IMG/VR virus record: IMGVR_UViG_3300046794_000505
Coordinates: 1 to 64,000 of that record
DNA length: 64,000 nt
Strand: one strand, 5' to 3'
Source: a virus
In this document: piece after piece, positions 37,082 to 46,873 of the stretch
Layout of the letters: every line of letters starts with the position of its first letter
Position numbering within the stretch: position 1 is the stretch's first letter
Notes under the pieces: generated by a model
Databases searched by the model: none
What the model saw: only the letters and a program-made list of their open reading frames with translations
Told to the model about the DNA's origin: nothing
Program-made: the position numbers and the translations under genes

Positions 37082-37933
37082 ATGATGCCATCAAAACCGA
37101 AAAAAGGACCAACCATGAGACCTACAGCTTCATCCCTCGCCGAAGCTCCATTTGCAATTCTGAACTGCCCTTTCGACCCCGTTGCCGGAAAGCATTTCAT
37201 GGATCACGTCCCTAAAGGGGACATCCCAGTCCTCGAAATTCAGACAATGCCCCCCATGCGGAGGATGCCAATCAATGGTGATTCGCGCATCGCCGACCGA
37301 ATTCGGAAGACATTTATTGCCGAAGCGGAGAGTTTTGGAGGCGATATTTACCTCCAGACCATGGGGAATATTGAATTCAACGCGCAGCTGATGGTCTATA
37401 AATTACCCCTCGGATCCTACTTCCCAAGGGTCCGCGAATGGCTCTATAACGCCTTTGATTCGATGGATCCGGACAAGGTGTATTTCATTCAATTCACCTC
37501 CTATGACGCCATCCAGCTGGCGTTCAAGTTCGTCACGGACTGGGAGGAAGAACGCGGCGCGATCATGCGCCTGGGAGCCACCTATGAAGGCCGGATCTTG
37601 ACCCTGCGGGCCTTTAAGCCACGAGTAAAAATGAATCAGTACGAAGCTGAGCGCATGATCAAGCTCGAAAGGAAATCAGCGAAAATCGGTGCCGAGAAAG
37701 CCAAGGCGGCCAAGAAGCTGGAGAAGGCGCTGGCTGGCCCCACCGTAAAATCTGGCAAGCCCTACCACACGCTGCAGGCTGGCGAATCAATCACTCTCTA
37801 CCCTGATACCGGGGCCTTCAGTACGATTTTGAACCTGCGGAATGTGGTCTACCGATACGGGACCATGACCTCCAAAAAATTCTCCATCTCCAGGAATGAA
37901 GATGGTTCAGCCACCATAAAGAGGACGCTTTAA
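37082..37933 (+). CDS. Hypothetical protein with C-terminal small basic domain
   Basis: YHTLQAGESI...KKFSI...IKRT domain, repeated in the next gene. Confidence 0.6.
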   Translation: MMPSKPKKGPTMRPTASSLAEAPFAILNCPFDPVAGKHFMDHVPKGDIPVLEIQTMPPMRRMPINGDSRIADRIRKTFIAEAESFGGDIYLQTMGNIEFNAQLMVYKLPLGSYFPRVREWLYNAFDSMDPDKVYFIQFTSYDAIQLAFKFVTDWEEERGAIMRLGATYEGRILTLRAFKPRVKMNQYEAERMIKLERKSAKIGAEKAKAAKKLEKALAGPTVKSGKPYHTLQAGESITLYPDTGAFSTILNLRNVVYRYGTMTSKKFSISRNEDGSATIKRTL

Positions 37934-38317
37934 ATGCCCATTGGAATTGAGGCCGAAAACATCATAGCCACCATGAACATTGGCGAAACGATGACTCTAG
38001 CTATTCCTGATTGGATTCGCCCACTCGGATTTCGCGATGAGGCTATAGCCTACGCATTAAGCCTAGGGAAGAATTTTTCAGCCATAGTGGATAGCTTGGA
38101 CCGCACAATGACGGTAACCCGGCTTACCGACATCGGGCGCCTGAGGAAGCCAAGCTATCACGCATTGAAAGTTGGGGAGCATGCCTATTCTTACCCCGCC
38201 GATTATGGAAGCTTCGCTTCCTTCTCCGAAATCGTCAGCCGCTACGCCAAGCACATGGGTTGGGTCTTGGAGGTATCAACCACCAAAACAGGCGCCAAAG
38301 TCACTCGTATCTCGTAA
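37934..38317 (+). CDS. Hypothetical protein with two copies of the same small domain
   Basis: TMNIGETM...KNFS...VTRL and YHALKVGEH...VTRIS. Confidence 0.6.
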   Translation: MPIGIEAENIIATMNIGETMTLAIPDWIRPLGFRDEAIAYALSLGKNFSAIVDSLDRTMTVTRLTDIGRLRKPSYHALKVGEHAYSYPADYGSFASFSEIVSRYAKHMGWVLEVSTTKTGAKVTRIS

Positions 38318-38343
38318 TGGGAAATGCGTGGCCGACCCAAAAT

Positions 38344-38371
38344 AAAAAAACCGCCTGGGCGAGAGGCGGTT
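38344..38371 (-). terminator. Intrinsic terminator
   Basis: Minus strand accgcct-ctcgccc-aggcgg-ttttttt. Confidence 0.75.
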
Positions 38372-38411
38372 AAGGTACAGCGGGTCCTGGCGTTCCTGCC
38401 AGCGTGGTCAC

Positions 38412-38426
38412 ACCGTAGCGTCACGA
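38412..38426 (-). promoter_or_regulatory. Putative late promoter with no downstream ORF
   Basis: TCGTGAC GC TACGGT. Confidence 0.55.
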
Positions 38427-39135
38427 GGTGGCCACGTCCGGCCCGGGGGTCTGGGGGAGCATCTGAACCCAGTGCTTTTTATTCGTTTCGTCCCGCTCCC
38501 ATCGCCAACCTGCGCCGTGCAGCATTTTCATTTCTGCTTTGATCAGCTCGTGGAACTCTTCGTGGTACCCCTCACGCATCGCGCGCAGCCGGAACACTTT
38601 CTCATTCTTTAGGATGTCCCGCGCGGCCCGCCACACCTTGTCGGCGACCAGACGCCAGGCGGCGCGCTTGCACTCAGGCGGGAAGTCCTTCACTGGCAGA
38701 CGCCCCGCCCAGCACTCATCGGCGACCTTTACCGGATCAGCGACGATCATTGATCACCTCCTTGAGCAGTCGCTGCAGCGTTCTCAGCCTGGCGCGAGCG
38801 ACTTCATCACCAACCTCCTTGATCGCGGCACCCATCAGCGCTTCTGCCTTGGCCAATTGCTTAACGGCCTTTTCATAGGCAGTTTTCGGCCGATAACCAG
38901 TCAGCGGATTGCGCTCAGCCAGGAGGTTCCAGTAATTGTCTTTGCAGTTGTCGCTGCCGCTATTCGAGCAAAACACCGTGTTGTAGCGATTCTTGATGAG
39001 TTTGCTCTGGCAGACAGGGCAGCACACTTCAGCGCCGATCGAAGCCGCCTTGACGACCTCATAGCATGCCCTGGCATCTGCCGCGCTGCGCGGCTCCGTC
39101 TGCATGACATTCGAATCCATGATTGCCTCCATCAC
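38421..39135 (-). other. Two hypothetical ORFs (38421-38750; 38737-39135, Cys-rich)
   Basis: Coupled downstream of phaZ. Confidence 0.6.
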
Positions 39136-40043
39136 TGATTGACGACTGTTGGATTGCGCTCTTCGGTCAGGAATCGCGTGACCAGCGGCCCGACCGTTTT
39201 GGCCTGGGTGACCAGAAATAGATGCCCGTCATTGATGACATGCAGGTCAGCGTTAGGCATGCGCTGGGCCATCCTGCGCATGTTGACCAGCGGAATCAGC
39301 GGGTCATCGTTGCCGGCCAGCACCAGGGTGGGCTGCCTGATCTTGTGCACCCAGTGAATGCTGGTCCACATATACACCGCCATCATCTGGTAGTAATAGC
39401 CGCGGCCGCCGGAGGATTGCATTTTCTCGGCGTAGGCCGCAGCCAAGGCCTTATCGCTCCGGAACACCCCACCATAGATGTACGGGGCGATCTTTGCGCC
39501 GTATGCCGGGCTCGTATAGCGCAGCGGGCTGGACATCAACCACAGGACCTTGAGTGACGGCGGCACCATAAACACACCACAGGATGTCGCCGCGAGGATG
39601 AGCTTTTTGCAGCGCAGTGGATGATCAAAGGCGAACTGCTGGGCAAGGAAACCGCCCCACGACACGCCGATCACATTGACCTGGCCGTAATCCAGATAGT
39701 CCAGCATCTGGGCCACCAGCCGTGCCAGTCCCGAAAACCCATATGGCAGCACTGGCGTTGAGGAGCCCCCCACGCCAGGTACGTCGAAGGCGATCACCTC
39801 CTGTTCACGGTCCAGGGCTTCCATGAACGGGATGACCAATTCCAGACTCGCACCGATACCGTTGAACACCAGCAGCGGGGTCAGGTGCGAACTGCCAGGG
39901 CGAACCAGCGTGCGGATCGACTGCCCATCGATTTCGATGGTACGGATGACCAAGGCTTTAGTCGGAGCACCCCGTCGATTCGTCTTGCGGCGCTCAGGGA
40001 CACCAAGTTTTCCTTCGTCGAACGACTCGTTTAGATTGCTCAT
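39132..40043 (-). CDS. phaZ: Intracellular mcl-poly(3-hydroxyalkanoate) depolymerase
   Basis: Closely follows Pseudomonas PhaZ: DGQSIRTLVRPG..HLTPLLVFNGIGASLEL, IAFDVPGVGGSSTP, lipase box GVSWG, WTSIHW, GNDDPLIPL, DGHLFL. Confidence 0.92.
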   Translation of the reverse strand: MSNLNESFDEGKLGVPERRKTNRRGAPTKALVIRTIEIDGQSIRTLVRPGSSHLTPLLVFNGIGASLELVIPFMEALDREQEVIAFDVPGVGGSSTPVLPYGFSGLARLVAQMLDYLDYGQVNVIGVSWGGFLAQQFAFDHPLRCKKLILAATSCGVFMVPPSLKVLWLMSSPLRYTSPAYGAKIAPYIYGGVFRSDKALAAAYAEKMQSSGGRGYYYQMMAVYMWTSIHWVHKIRQPTLVLAGNDDPLIPLVNMRRMAQRMPNADLHVINDGHLFLVTQAKTVGPLVTRFLTEERNPTVVNQ

Positions 40044-40762
40044 GATAATCCTTTAGATCTAGACACGACCGGAGTGGTCAAGGCTTGATGCAGTGTCATG
40101 CCACGATGGATCCTGGCGCTAATGGTACCGATGGGAATTCCTGCCGCTGCCGCATGATCCGACAGATTGCGCACTGCGCCACGGTGTTCGGCGTGTTTAC
40201 CCTGCTTGCGAAACACTGGGTTCAACCCCTGGGCCACCAGATAGGAGCGCATGGTGGTGACCGAGCAATAACCGAGGAACGAAGCGGCCTGGGTCTGCGA
40301 GTACTTCGACGCGTGCAGATCCAACCATGCGGCGATCGTTATCCCACTGCCCTGCTTGAAGCGCGCGGCCACTGGCAAATAGGTCGTTGCCGACCATGGG
40401 TTATCACCGGGTCGCTTCGCCAAGTAGCGATAAAGTGCCCGGGCGTCGTACTCGAGTCGCTTCGCGGTCGCGTTGATAGACAACCCTTCTGCCTGCAGGT
40501 CGGCCAGCACCTCATCAAACAGCTTGCCGTATTGCATTTCGATGGCCAGTCGCCGCGGCGCGATCAGGATTGACGGGTTATCGCCGCCGGCGCGTTTCGC
40601 ATAGCCGAGTGCTTCTGATAGTTTCCAGCCGCGAGCTTTGCGCGATCGCACAGTCGAAGGGGATAAGCCTTGGCGTGCGGCGTGCTCTGGAATTGTCCCA
40701 ACAAACCCGCCCAGGTCGTAGGAGAAATAATCCATGTCGCGTTTTTTCTTCACTGATTCCAT
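40040..40762 (-). CDS. Multi-HTH DNA-binding protein
   Basis: Two xxHAxxxGxxxxTxxxRxxRGxxLxxAL repeats plus a central HTH. Confidence 0.65.
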   Translation of the reverse strand: MESVKKKRDMDYFSYDLGGFVGTIPEHAARQGLSPSTVRSRKARGWKLSEALGYAKRAGGDNPSILIAPRRLAIEMQYGKLFDEVLADLQAEGLSINATAKRLEYDARALYRYLAKRPGDNPWSATTYLPVAARFKQGSGITIAAWLDLHASKYSQTQAASFLGYCSVTTMRSYLVAQGLNPVFRKQGKHAEHRGAVRNLSDHAAAAGIPIGTISARIHRGMTLHQALTTPVVSRSKGLS

Positions 40763-41010
40763 GGTCCATTCTCAAAAATCGCCCGGTGTCACCCGGGCTT
40801 GATGTCAGAGGTACAGCGGCTGATTGATGTAGCGGGCCAGGCGATTGTCGATTTCACGGATGGCGCTGACCACATGGTGAACAGGGAAAAAGGCGTTTAT
40901 CAGTTCCGTTCTCGTCACCACATAGGACTCGAGCCGCCGCTCATCACCATCTTTGTACAAGCCACAAATCCAATAGTTGTCGTACCGATCGCGCTGCACG
41001 AAGTAGGTGG

Positions 41011-42534
41011 TCAGTTTGGCATGATCTGGGCAACGGTGATCCTGGAGCCCAAGAGGCTCAACGTTCCATTCATGATCCCTTCGCGAATCTGACTCTGCGA
41101 AAACTTGACCTGCTTTGGATTGGTTGACAGGCATTGGTAGATCTCCAGCGAGGCAGCGTCGACCTCCGAAAACGGAATGGCATAGACGTGCTGTTCGGTG
41201 ATGCCGCGCATTTTCAGGTCGCGACGGATACGGTTCAGGTCGGTGATGATGCTCATGCGTCACCTGGTGGAAGTGGTTGCGTGCGGACCCAGGTGCCTTC
41301 TCCGATTTTCCGCCAGCCGCCCGCCTCACGGCAGTTGTCGCGAACATCACGGAAACGATCATTGCAGAGGCTTGGCGACTCGGCATACAGCAACGTCAGT
41401 TCGCTCCAGATCGGTACCAGCGGCGCCCACTGAGGACAGGCCTCTACAACGGCCGGCAGATACTCGTGCAGCTCCGGCACCTGGGACAGCAGGCGAAGGC
41501 AACGACCGAAGTCATCGGCATCATGCGGACAGTCGAATGACACTCGGCCCCCATCATGTTTAATGCCTAGCGCGACACGGGCGATCGTCGACGCTGATAC
41601 ACCGGTGGTCCCGCTCAAAGCCCAGAGGGCGATACGTTTGTTTGCATCAGTTGAGAGATTCACAACTCACCCCTTGGCGCCCGCACCCAGCCAGCGGCGC
41701 GCATGCGCTCCTCATCCAGCACTTCGAGTTCGAGCGGTGACGAAATGCACAAAACCAGCGTGTTCGGCGCGCGGTTGCGTCGGATTGCACGATGGAACTC
41801 GTTCAGCTCAGTATGGTGCTCAGGTTTGAAGTCACCGACCAAGGCCACCGCGACCGAGTCTTCGTGCACCTCGACGATTCGCGCTGACGCGATCGCTTGA
41901 GCCGCGCGCAGACGATTGATCAACTCCAGCACCACCGGCGCGTGCCGCCGCTCCTGTTCCTGCCAGGCCCACAAGCAATGAAGGCGGTAGTTTTCAGTAG
42001 CTGCATCGTCCGAGTAAAACGAACGCATCCACGCGTCCAGCTCATCGTTGGTTTTCACCAGGAACGCAGTACTGCGCGGTCCGTTCACACCTGTATTATC
42101 TTCAGCTGCCGCTTTCGCCGCTGCCTCGAGCGCATCTAAATCCAACACGATAGCGGTGGTCATTGCACACCTCCTTTGCGGGCAGCGAGCATGGCATCGG
42201 CCCAAGCGGCTGGCCACTGGAGTAGACGCTGCTGGTCACGAGCTCTATTCCAAGCTAGGACCGCCGAAGTCATTCCCCACCATAAGCGATCATCAGCGCT
42301 TTCATCATCCATATTCCGCCAGAATTGCCACCAACGTTTTGGTGAAGTCCAAGTCTCAGGAGGCTCAGGATATGGTTCCGAAAACTCAGGCTGAAACCAA
42401 TCCTGCGGCTTAGCCGGGGCATGAGCGATGAAATAATCACGTATGGTTATTCCTTGATTTTCCGGAAGGGTATATTCATTCGGAAACGCCGGACCACTAT
42501 TGTCCAGCACTACTGTTTTTTCGGTCATGATCAT
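41011..42534 (-). other. Hypothetical ORFs (41011-41256, 41253-41663, 41660-about 42163, 42160-42534)
   Basis: Coupled ORFs with phage-like motifs (CPHDADDFGRC; GITIRDYFIAHAP). Confidence 0.6.
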
Positions 42535-42618
42535 TCCTTTCTCAGTTGATTATTGGTTTACGCCAGATCACTCATCGCTAAAAGACGCCCAAGCTGATTT
42601 TTCCGCTGCGCTCAATTC

Positions 42619-43305
42619 TCATGCGACCACCTTGAAATTTACGCACCAGACCCACGGGTTGGCATCCCAGTCGCCGCCGGTGGATTCCCACAACCGCTTG
42701 AACGCGATTTTTGCATCGGTGTAATCACCCGATGGGGTGAGGTAGATTCCGGGGAAACGGTCAGACTCTACGATCCCTTCGGCCACCGCCTGCTCCTCAC
42801 TGATATCCTGCAACCGCTCGACGCGAACATCCGTGATTTCCAGCAGGATCCGGCAAGCCGCCCGAGGCATGTGAATTGATGGCCGCATCTTGCCGACCCA
42901 GTCCGGGACGCAGATGTTGTCTTCGTTGACGTAGGTGCCGGTGTTGTCTTTGGACCGCGAACCACCAGCGGCGTAGTAGGTGGTTAGACCACGGTCATAG
43001 TCGAGGTCACGGGGCTTGATCCCGTCATGAATTTTGCTGACTTGGTAGGACTCACGGATCCACAAGTGATCGCCGACCTTGCCAAACGGACAACGAGCAT
43101 CGAAGCGATGCTCAAACTCTTCGCCATGAGAAAACTCAGCGGTACCAGATTTTTTGCCGACCCCTTCCAGCCTGTAGATGTCAGGCATATTCAGGTTCAG
43201 CTCATCGAGCCCATGAGGGCGCCGCGTCACCGTCTTCCGGCCTTCCAGGATGGCGCGCACCATAGGAGCTGAGAACAGGATCGGGCGTTCGTTGATCTTG
43301 GTCAT
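42619..43305 (-). CDS. ASCH/PUA-like phage protein
   Basis: ERPILFSAPMVRAILEGRKTVTRR...PSIHMPR...ERLQDISEEQAVAEG...NPWVW. Confidence 0.75.
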   Translation of the reverse strand: MTKINERPILFSAPMVRAILEGRKTVTRRPHGLDELNLNMPDIYRLEGVGKKSGTAEFSHGEEFEHRFDARCPFGKVGDHLWIRESYQVSKIHDGIKPRDLDYDRGLTTYYAAGGSRSKDNTGTYVNEDNICVPDWVGKMRPSIHMPRAACRILLEITDVRVERLQDISEEQAVAEGIVESDRFPGIYLTPSGDYTDAKIAFKRLWESTGGDWDANPWVWCVNFKVVA

Positions 43306-43766
43306 GACTTCACCTTCCCTGCCTCGACCCCAGCCTCATAGGCTCCTTCCATCAGTTCTTCAATGCCCAATTCATGCTGCATCCCAGCTTTCCCATGATC
43401 TTCAAACCATTGGCTAAAGTTGGGACTCGGATCATATTGGGCCGGGATAACTTGCGCCCGAAACATCGCCTGCAATTTCTTGGCGATATCGACACCGGCC
43501 AGGTCGTAGTCGCAGTCATCTTCCTCGGCTGACGCCCAAACGACTGCGTGGTACTCGGCCAGCAGGCTATCGAAGTCGAGTGATCCGCTGCCCTTCGGCT
43601 GTTCGAGCAAGTGCTCATCGATAGGCTTGGCAAGAAGGGCACGAATCTCTTCCATCGCTTTCCAGGCATCCACCAGCTGCAACGCATTGGAACCCATGCT
43701 GGCATCGCCTTTTACAACTCGTTGCAGCAACTTCCTTGGAACCCCATCAATCGTTTGGCTGTTCAT
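43302..43766 (-). CDS. Hypothetical protein
   Basis: QTIDGVPR N-terminus; coupled ORF. Confidence 0.6.
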   Translation of the reverse strand: MNSQTIDGVPRKLLQRVVKGDASMGSNALQLVDAWKAMEEIRALLAKPIDEHLLEQPKGSGSLDFDSLLAEYHAVVWASAEEDDCDYDLAGVDIAKKLQAMFRAQVIPAQYDPSPNFSQWFEDHGKAGMQHELGIEELMEGAYEAGVEAGKVKS

Positions 43767-43982
43767 CCTTCACCTTTTCCTTACACGTTGGGCAGCTTGC
43801 GTGGTGCAGCTGCGAATAGTTGGTCTGGCAGACTGCGCAGTACGTCACCCGCATGCGCTGCAATGCTGACACGGCCCTACGGCCTTTTCTGTCGATGATG
43901 ATGCGGCCCATGCTGACGCCTTTTCGTTGTATTGTTGCTGAAGCTTACAGCCATAACACCAAAAAGCAAATACACAGACATG

Positions 43983-44010
43983 AAAAAACCCGGCGCGGAA
44001 CCGGGTTTTT
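43983..44010. terminator. Bidirectional intrinsic terminator
   Basis: aaaaaacccgg-cgcggaa-ccgggttttt. Confidence 0.75.
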
Positions 44011-44789
44011 GTCCTGCTGTCGGCGCTTACAGTTCGCCGACTGGCTCTTCTGCTGCGACTGCCGTCTGCGACTGTTTGCTGAATCCGATCAGAGCCGTGT
44101 CGGCCCAGACTTCAGCCGTTTTCGGCCCAGCAAATTCTGACCTCGATGCCGCCAAGCCGCCCATGTACCCGTCAACGATCAGCTTTCGCACATCGCCGGC
44201 GAGCGCTTCCAGGGCCAGGGCCTGCTCAGCACCACGCAACAGGAAAAACCCCGTTGGCGTTGCCTCGATTACCCCATCCTGCTCTTCGATCATTGCGGCG
44301 ATCTGCACGAGCATCATGCCTTCGGTGATAGCCCCATCCAGGGCGATATTGATCGCGCTGAATACCCGATGAGCCGGGACGGCGGGAGAGTTCACCATTT
44401 GGCCGTCAATTTCACCTTCGACCGCTTCAGCAGCCGGCCGGATCGCGGTATACGGGATGTAGTAGAGATGTTCGCTCAATTTAAAATTTCCTTGTCTTCA
44501 ATCACGCCCGCCGGGAGGTGGGCGCGGTGGGTTCGGCTCTCGATAACATCGTGAACCAGTTCGGATGCGGTGGCCATTGTGGCAGCCGCAGAGGATAAAT
44601 CGGCAAGAGTTTTCTGCATGCGGTTGTGGTCGCACAGCAGCTCGATGATGGCGATGGCGATCGGGCCGATACCGTCACGGATGAGCGCCGCGTGCAGCTC
44701 ACGCTCAAAATTTGAATAAACGTCGGCCGGTTTCATCAGTCGATTCGTCGCCACAAGCAAGCCAGCAAATTTGTTCTTATGATCGATCC

Positions 44790-45722
44790 TCATGCCGCCT
44801 CATCCTCTTCATCCACCGGCGGAACATACCCCAGCAGGTCGCAGATATGCTTGACGGTGGCCACGAATTCCAGCAACTGGATCGCCGCCTCATGACGCCA
44901 GATGTGGGCGATATCCTCCAGTTCGCTAGTGTCATAATCCGGATCACTGGCGAAGCTGATGCTGCTGAACTTGAATTCGTCATTCAGCTTGAAATCCATC
45001 TCGCCATGCTCGAACCGAATGGCATGAACTTCCAGTTTCGATTCCAGCGCCTCGAGCAATCCGGCGCGACCCTCGGCCAGGTCGTCGAGTTGGTAACTGA
45101 CCTTCTGGCTTTTTTGGCCTTTTTTCTTAAGTTCGACCAAGCCGCCCAGGTGCAGATCACCAAACGCGCGCTCCTGATCCTGCAGATGGTTCTTCAGGCG
45201 TGTGGTGAGACCGTTTTTGATGTCGCTGATGTGGATGGTGGTGGTTTTCACTGACCCAACGACGTGCACCAGCACACCAACCAACATGCGGGCCTGCATC
45301 TTGCTGGCAGTCAGTACGATCAGCAGTTTCTCGTCGATATGGTAGAAACAGGTGATGTAGGACGATTCCACCAGCGCCTTCTTGCACATCAGCGCCAGAG
45401 TCTGTTCGGCGATCGCCTGGCGCTCGACCTTTTTCAGCCTGACACCGGACGACTTCTCAGCCGCCTTGATCAGCTTGTTGGCCTCGGCCATCACCAGATT
45501 CATCGGCAACACCTTGCTGTCTTCACGCAGAGTGAACGAGTAGCCACCTTGGAATTCCGTAACCAGCTCGCCGGTGATGGCATTCGGCACGAAGCCAGAC
45601 CGCGACAGCATATTCTCGGGGAGTTCTTCGAACGGATGCTCCAGCAGATGCTTTGCGATATCGGTCGCACCGGGTAACTCGGCGCTGTAGACGATCGCAT
45701 TTTTCAGATGGTTGAATTCCAT
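44790..45722 (-). CDS. rdgC: Recombination-associated protein RdgC (phage type)
   Basis: LKNAIVY...RSGFVP...LREDSKVLP...GSVKTTTIHISDIKNGLTTRL. Confidence 0.85.
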   Translation of the reverse strand: MEFNHLKNAIVYSAELPGATDIAKHLLEHPFEELPENMLSRSGFVPNAITGELVTEFQGGYSFTLREDSKVLPMNLVMAEANKLIKAAEKSSGVRLKKVERQAIAEQTLALMCKKALVESSYITCFYHIDEKLLIVLTASKMQARMLVGVLVHVVGSVKTTTIHISDIKNGLTTRLKNHLQDQERAFGDLHLGGLVELKKKGQKSQKVSYQLDDLAEGRAGLLEALESKLEVHAIRFEHGEMDFKLNDEFKFSSISFASDPDYDTSELEDIAHIWRHEAAIQLLEFVATVKHICDLLGYVPPVDEEDEAA

Positions 45723-45724
45723 AA

Positions 45725-46159
45725 TCAGGCCCCCATCGATGATTTGGAGCGGATGAGCTCGGAGGTATCACGAGCTATGGCCTCTGCCGCCATGGATATC
45801 CAGTAGAACAGCAGCAGGAAGCCAGCGAACCATTCATAACCGGCCGCGGCGATGACAAAGAAACCCACCGTCCAAGCGGTGCGGGCTAGGGCTGAAAGCG
45901 TTTCCCCGTCGCCTGTTCTCGCCGGGAACGCCTTCATGAAGATTGCTAACTTGTCGGCCTTCAACTCACCATTGAGCGCCTTCTTGCTTTCCAAAGTTGC
46001 AAAACAGGTCATCAGTCCCAGCAGGAGTAAAAATAGCCCCAAGACAAAAGATGCCAAGCTCCCCGACCACTCAGACCCAGTGAAATAATGAATCACCGGC
46101 AATGATGCGATCGCCAACACCAACAGGATTTTACGGGTGAATTTCCAAATACTCGCCAT
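45725..46159 (-). CDS. Membrane protein
   Basis: Three to four hydrophobic segments. Confidence 0.6.
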   Translation of the reverse strand: MASIWKFTRKILLVLAIASLPVIHYFTGSEWSGSLASFVLGLFLLLLGLMTCFATLESKKALNGELKADKLAIFMKAFPARTGDGETLSALARTAWTVGFFVIAAAGYEWFAGFLLLFYWISMAAEAIARDTSELIRSKSSMGA

Positions 46160-46192
46160 CGATAGTGCTCCGTTTTATATGGGCTACGCCCG

Positions 46193-46825
46193 TTAAATGG
46201 CCGGTTTCTGGCCTTCTGCCAATTCCCACTTCATCACATGCCCGCAGGAAGAACAGTGTTTTTCATTTTGCGAGCTGAGTAGCACCAGCTGCAATCCGCC
46301 GCACGCATCACAGAATTTTGTGGTGCCCGGTTTATCCGAATTGTTGCCGAGTAGCGCTAGAGCGCCCCGTGCCTCTGTCGACATTTTTTCGAGAAATACG
46401 ACCGCATCGATCAACTCCTCGAAATGGCGCCCCATCACATCCGCGCAGACTTTTCCGGTGGTCTGATCCCGGTAGACCTCCAGCCAGCTTTTGCAGCGCT
46501 CCGACTGGCCGCCGACGTCCGGGAAAAATTCACCATGCGCGGCAATGAATTCGGCTGATCCGATATCTGGCTCACTGGGGCGCATCAACAGCCAGCACTG
46601 ATCAGCCGATAGCCAAGGATCCAAACTGGAGCTGCGAGAGGTGACACACATATCCGCATCAAAACTCACTCGCGAACACTTCACCATATGCGAACCACAT
46701 CGGACGACATTCACCTGTAGCACCGGACCATGCGTATGCTGAATGATGTCGCCTTTCTGAAAAGGTCGATCAGTGTTATCGCCTGAATAGATCCGCATCG
46801 CTGGAACGATTGCCATAACGTGCAC
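46193..46825 (-). CDS. Hypothetical protein with C-terminal zinc ribbon
   Basis: CDACGG...CSSCG. Confidence 0.5.
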   Translation of the reverse strand: MHVMAIVPAMRIYSGDNTDRPFQKGDIIQHTHGPVLQVNVVRCGSHMVKCSRVSFDADMCVTSRSSSLDPWLSADQCWLLMRPSEPDIGSAEFIAAHGEFFPDVGGQSERCKSWLEVYRDQTTGKVCADVMGRHFEELIDAVVFLEKMSTEARGALALLGNNSDKPGTTKFCDACGGLQLVLLSSQNEKHCSSCGHVMKWELAEGQKPAI

Positions 46826-46873
46826 TCCGTTTTCATTATGCTATCGCAAGTGCAAAGATATGCAATAGCTAAA

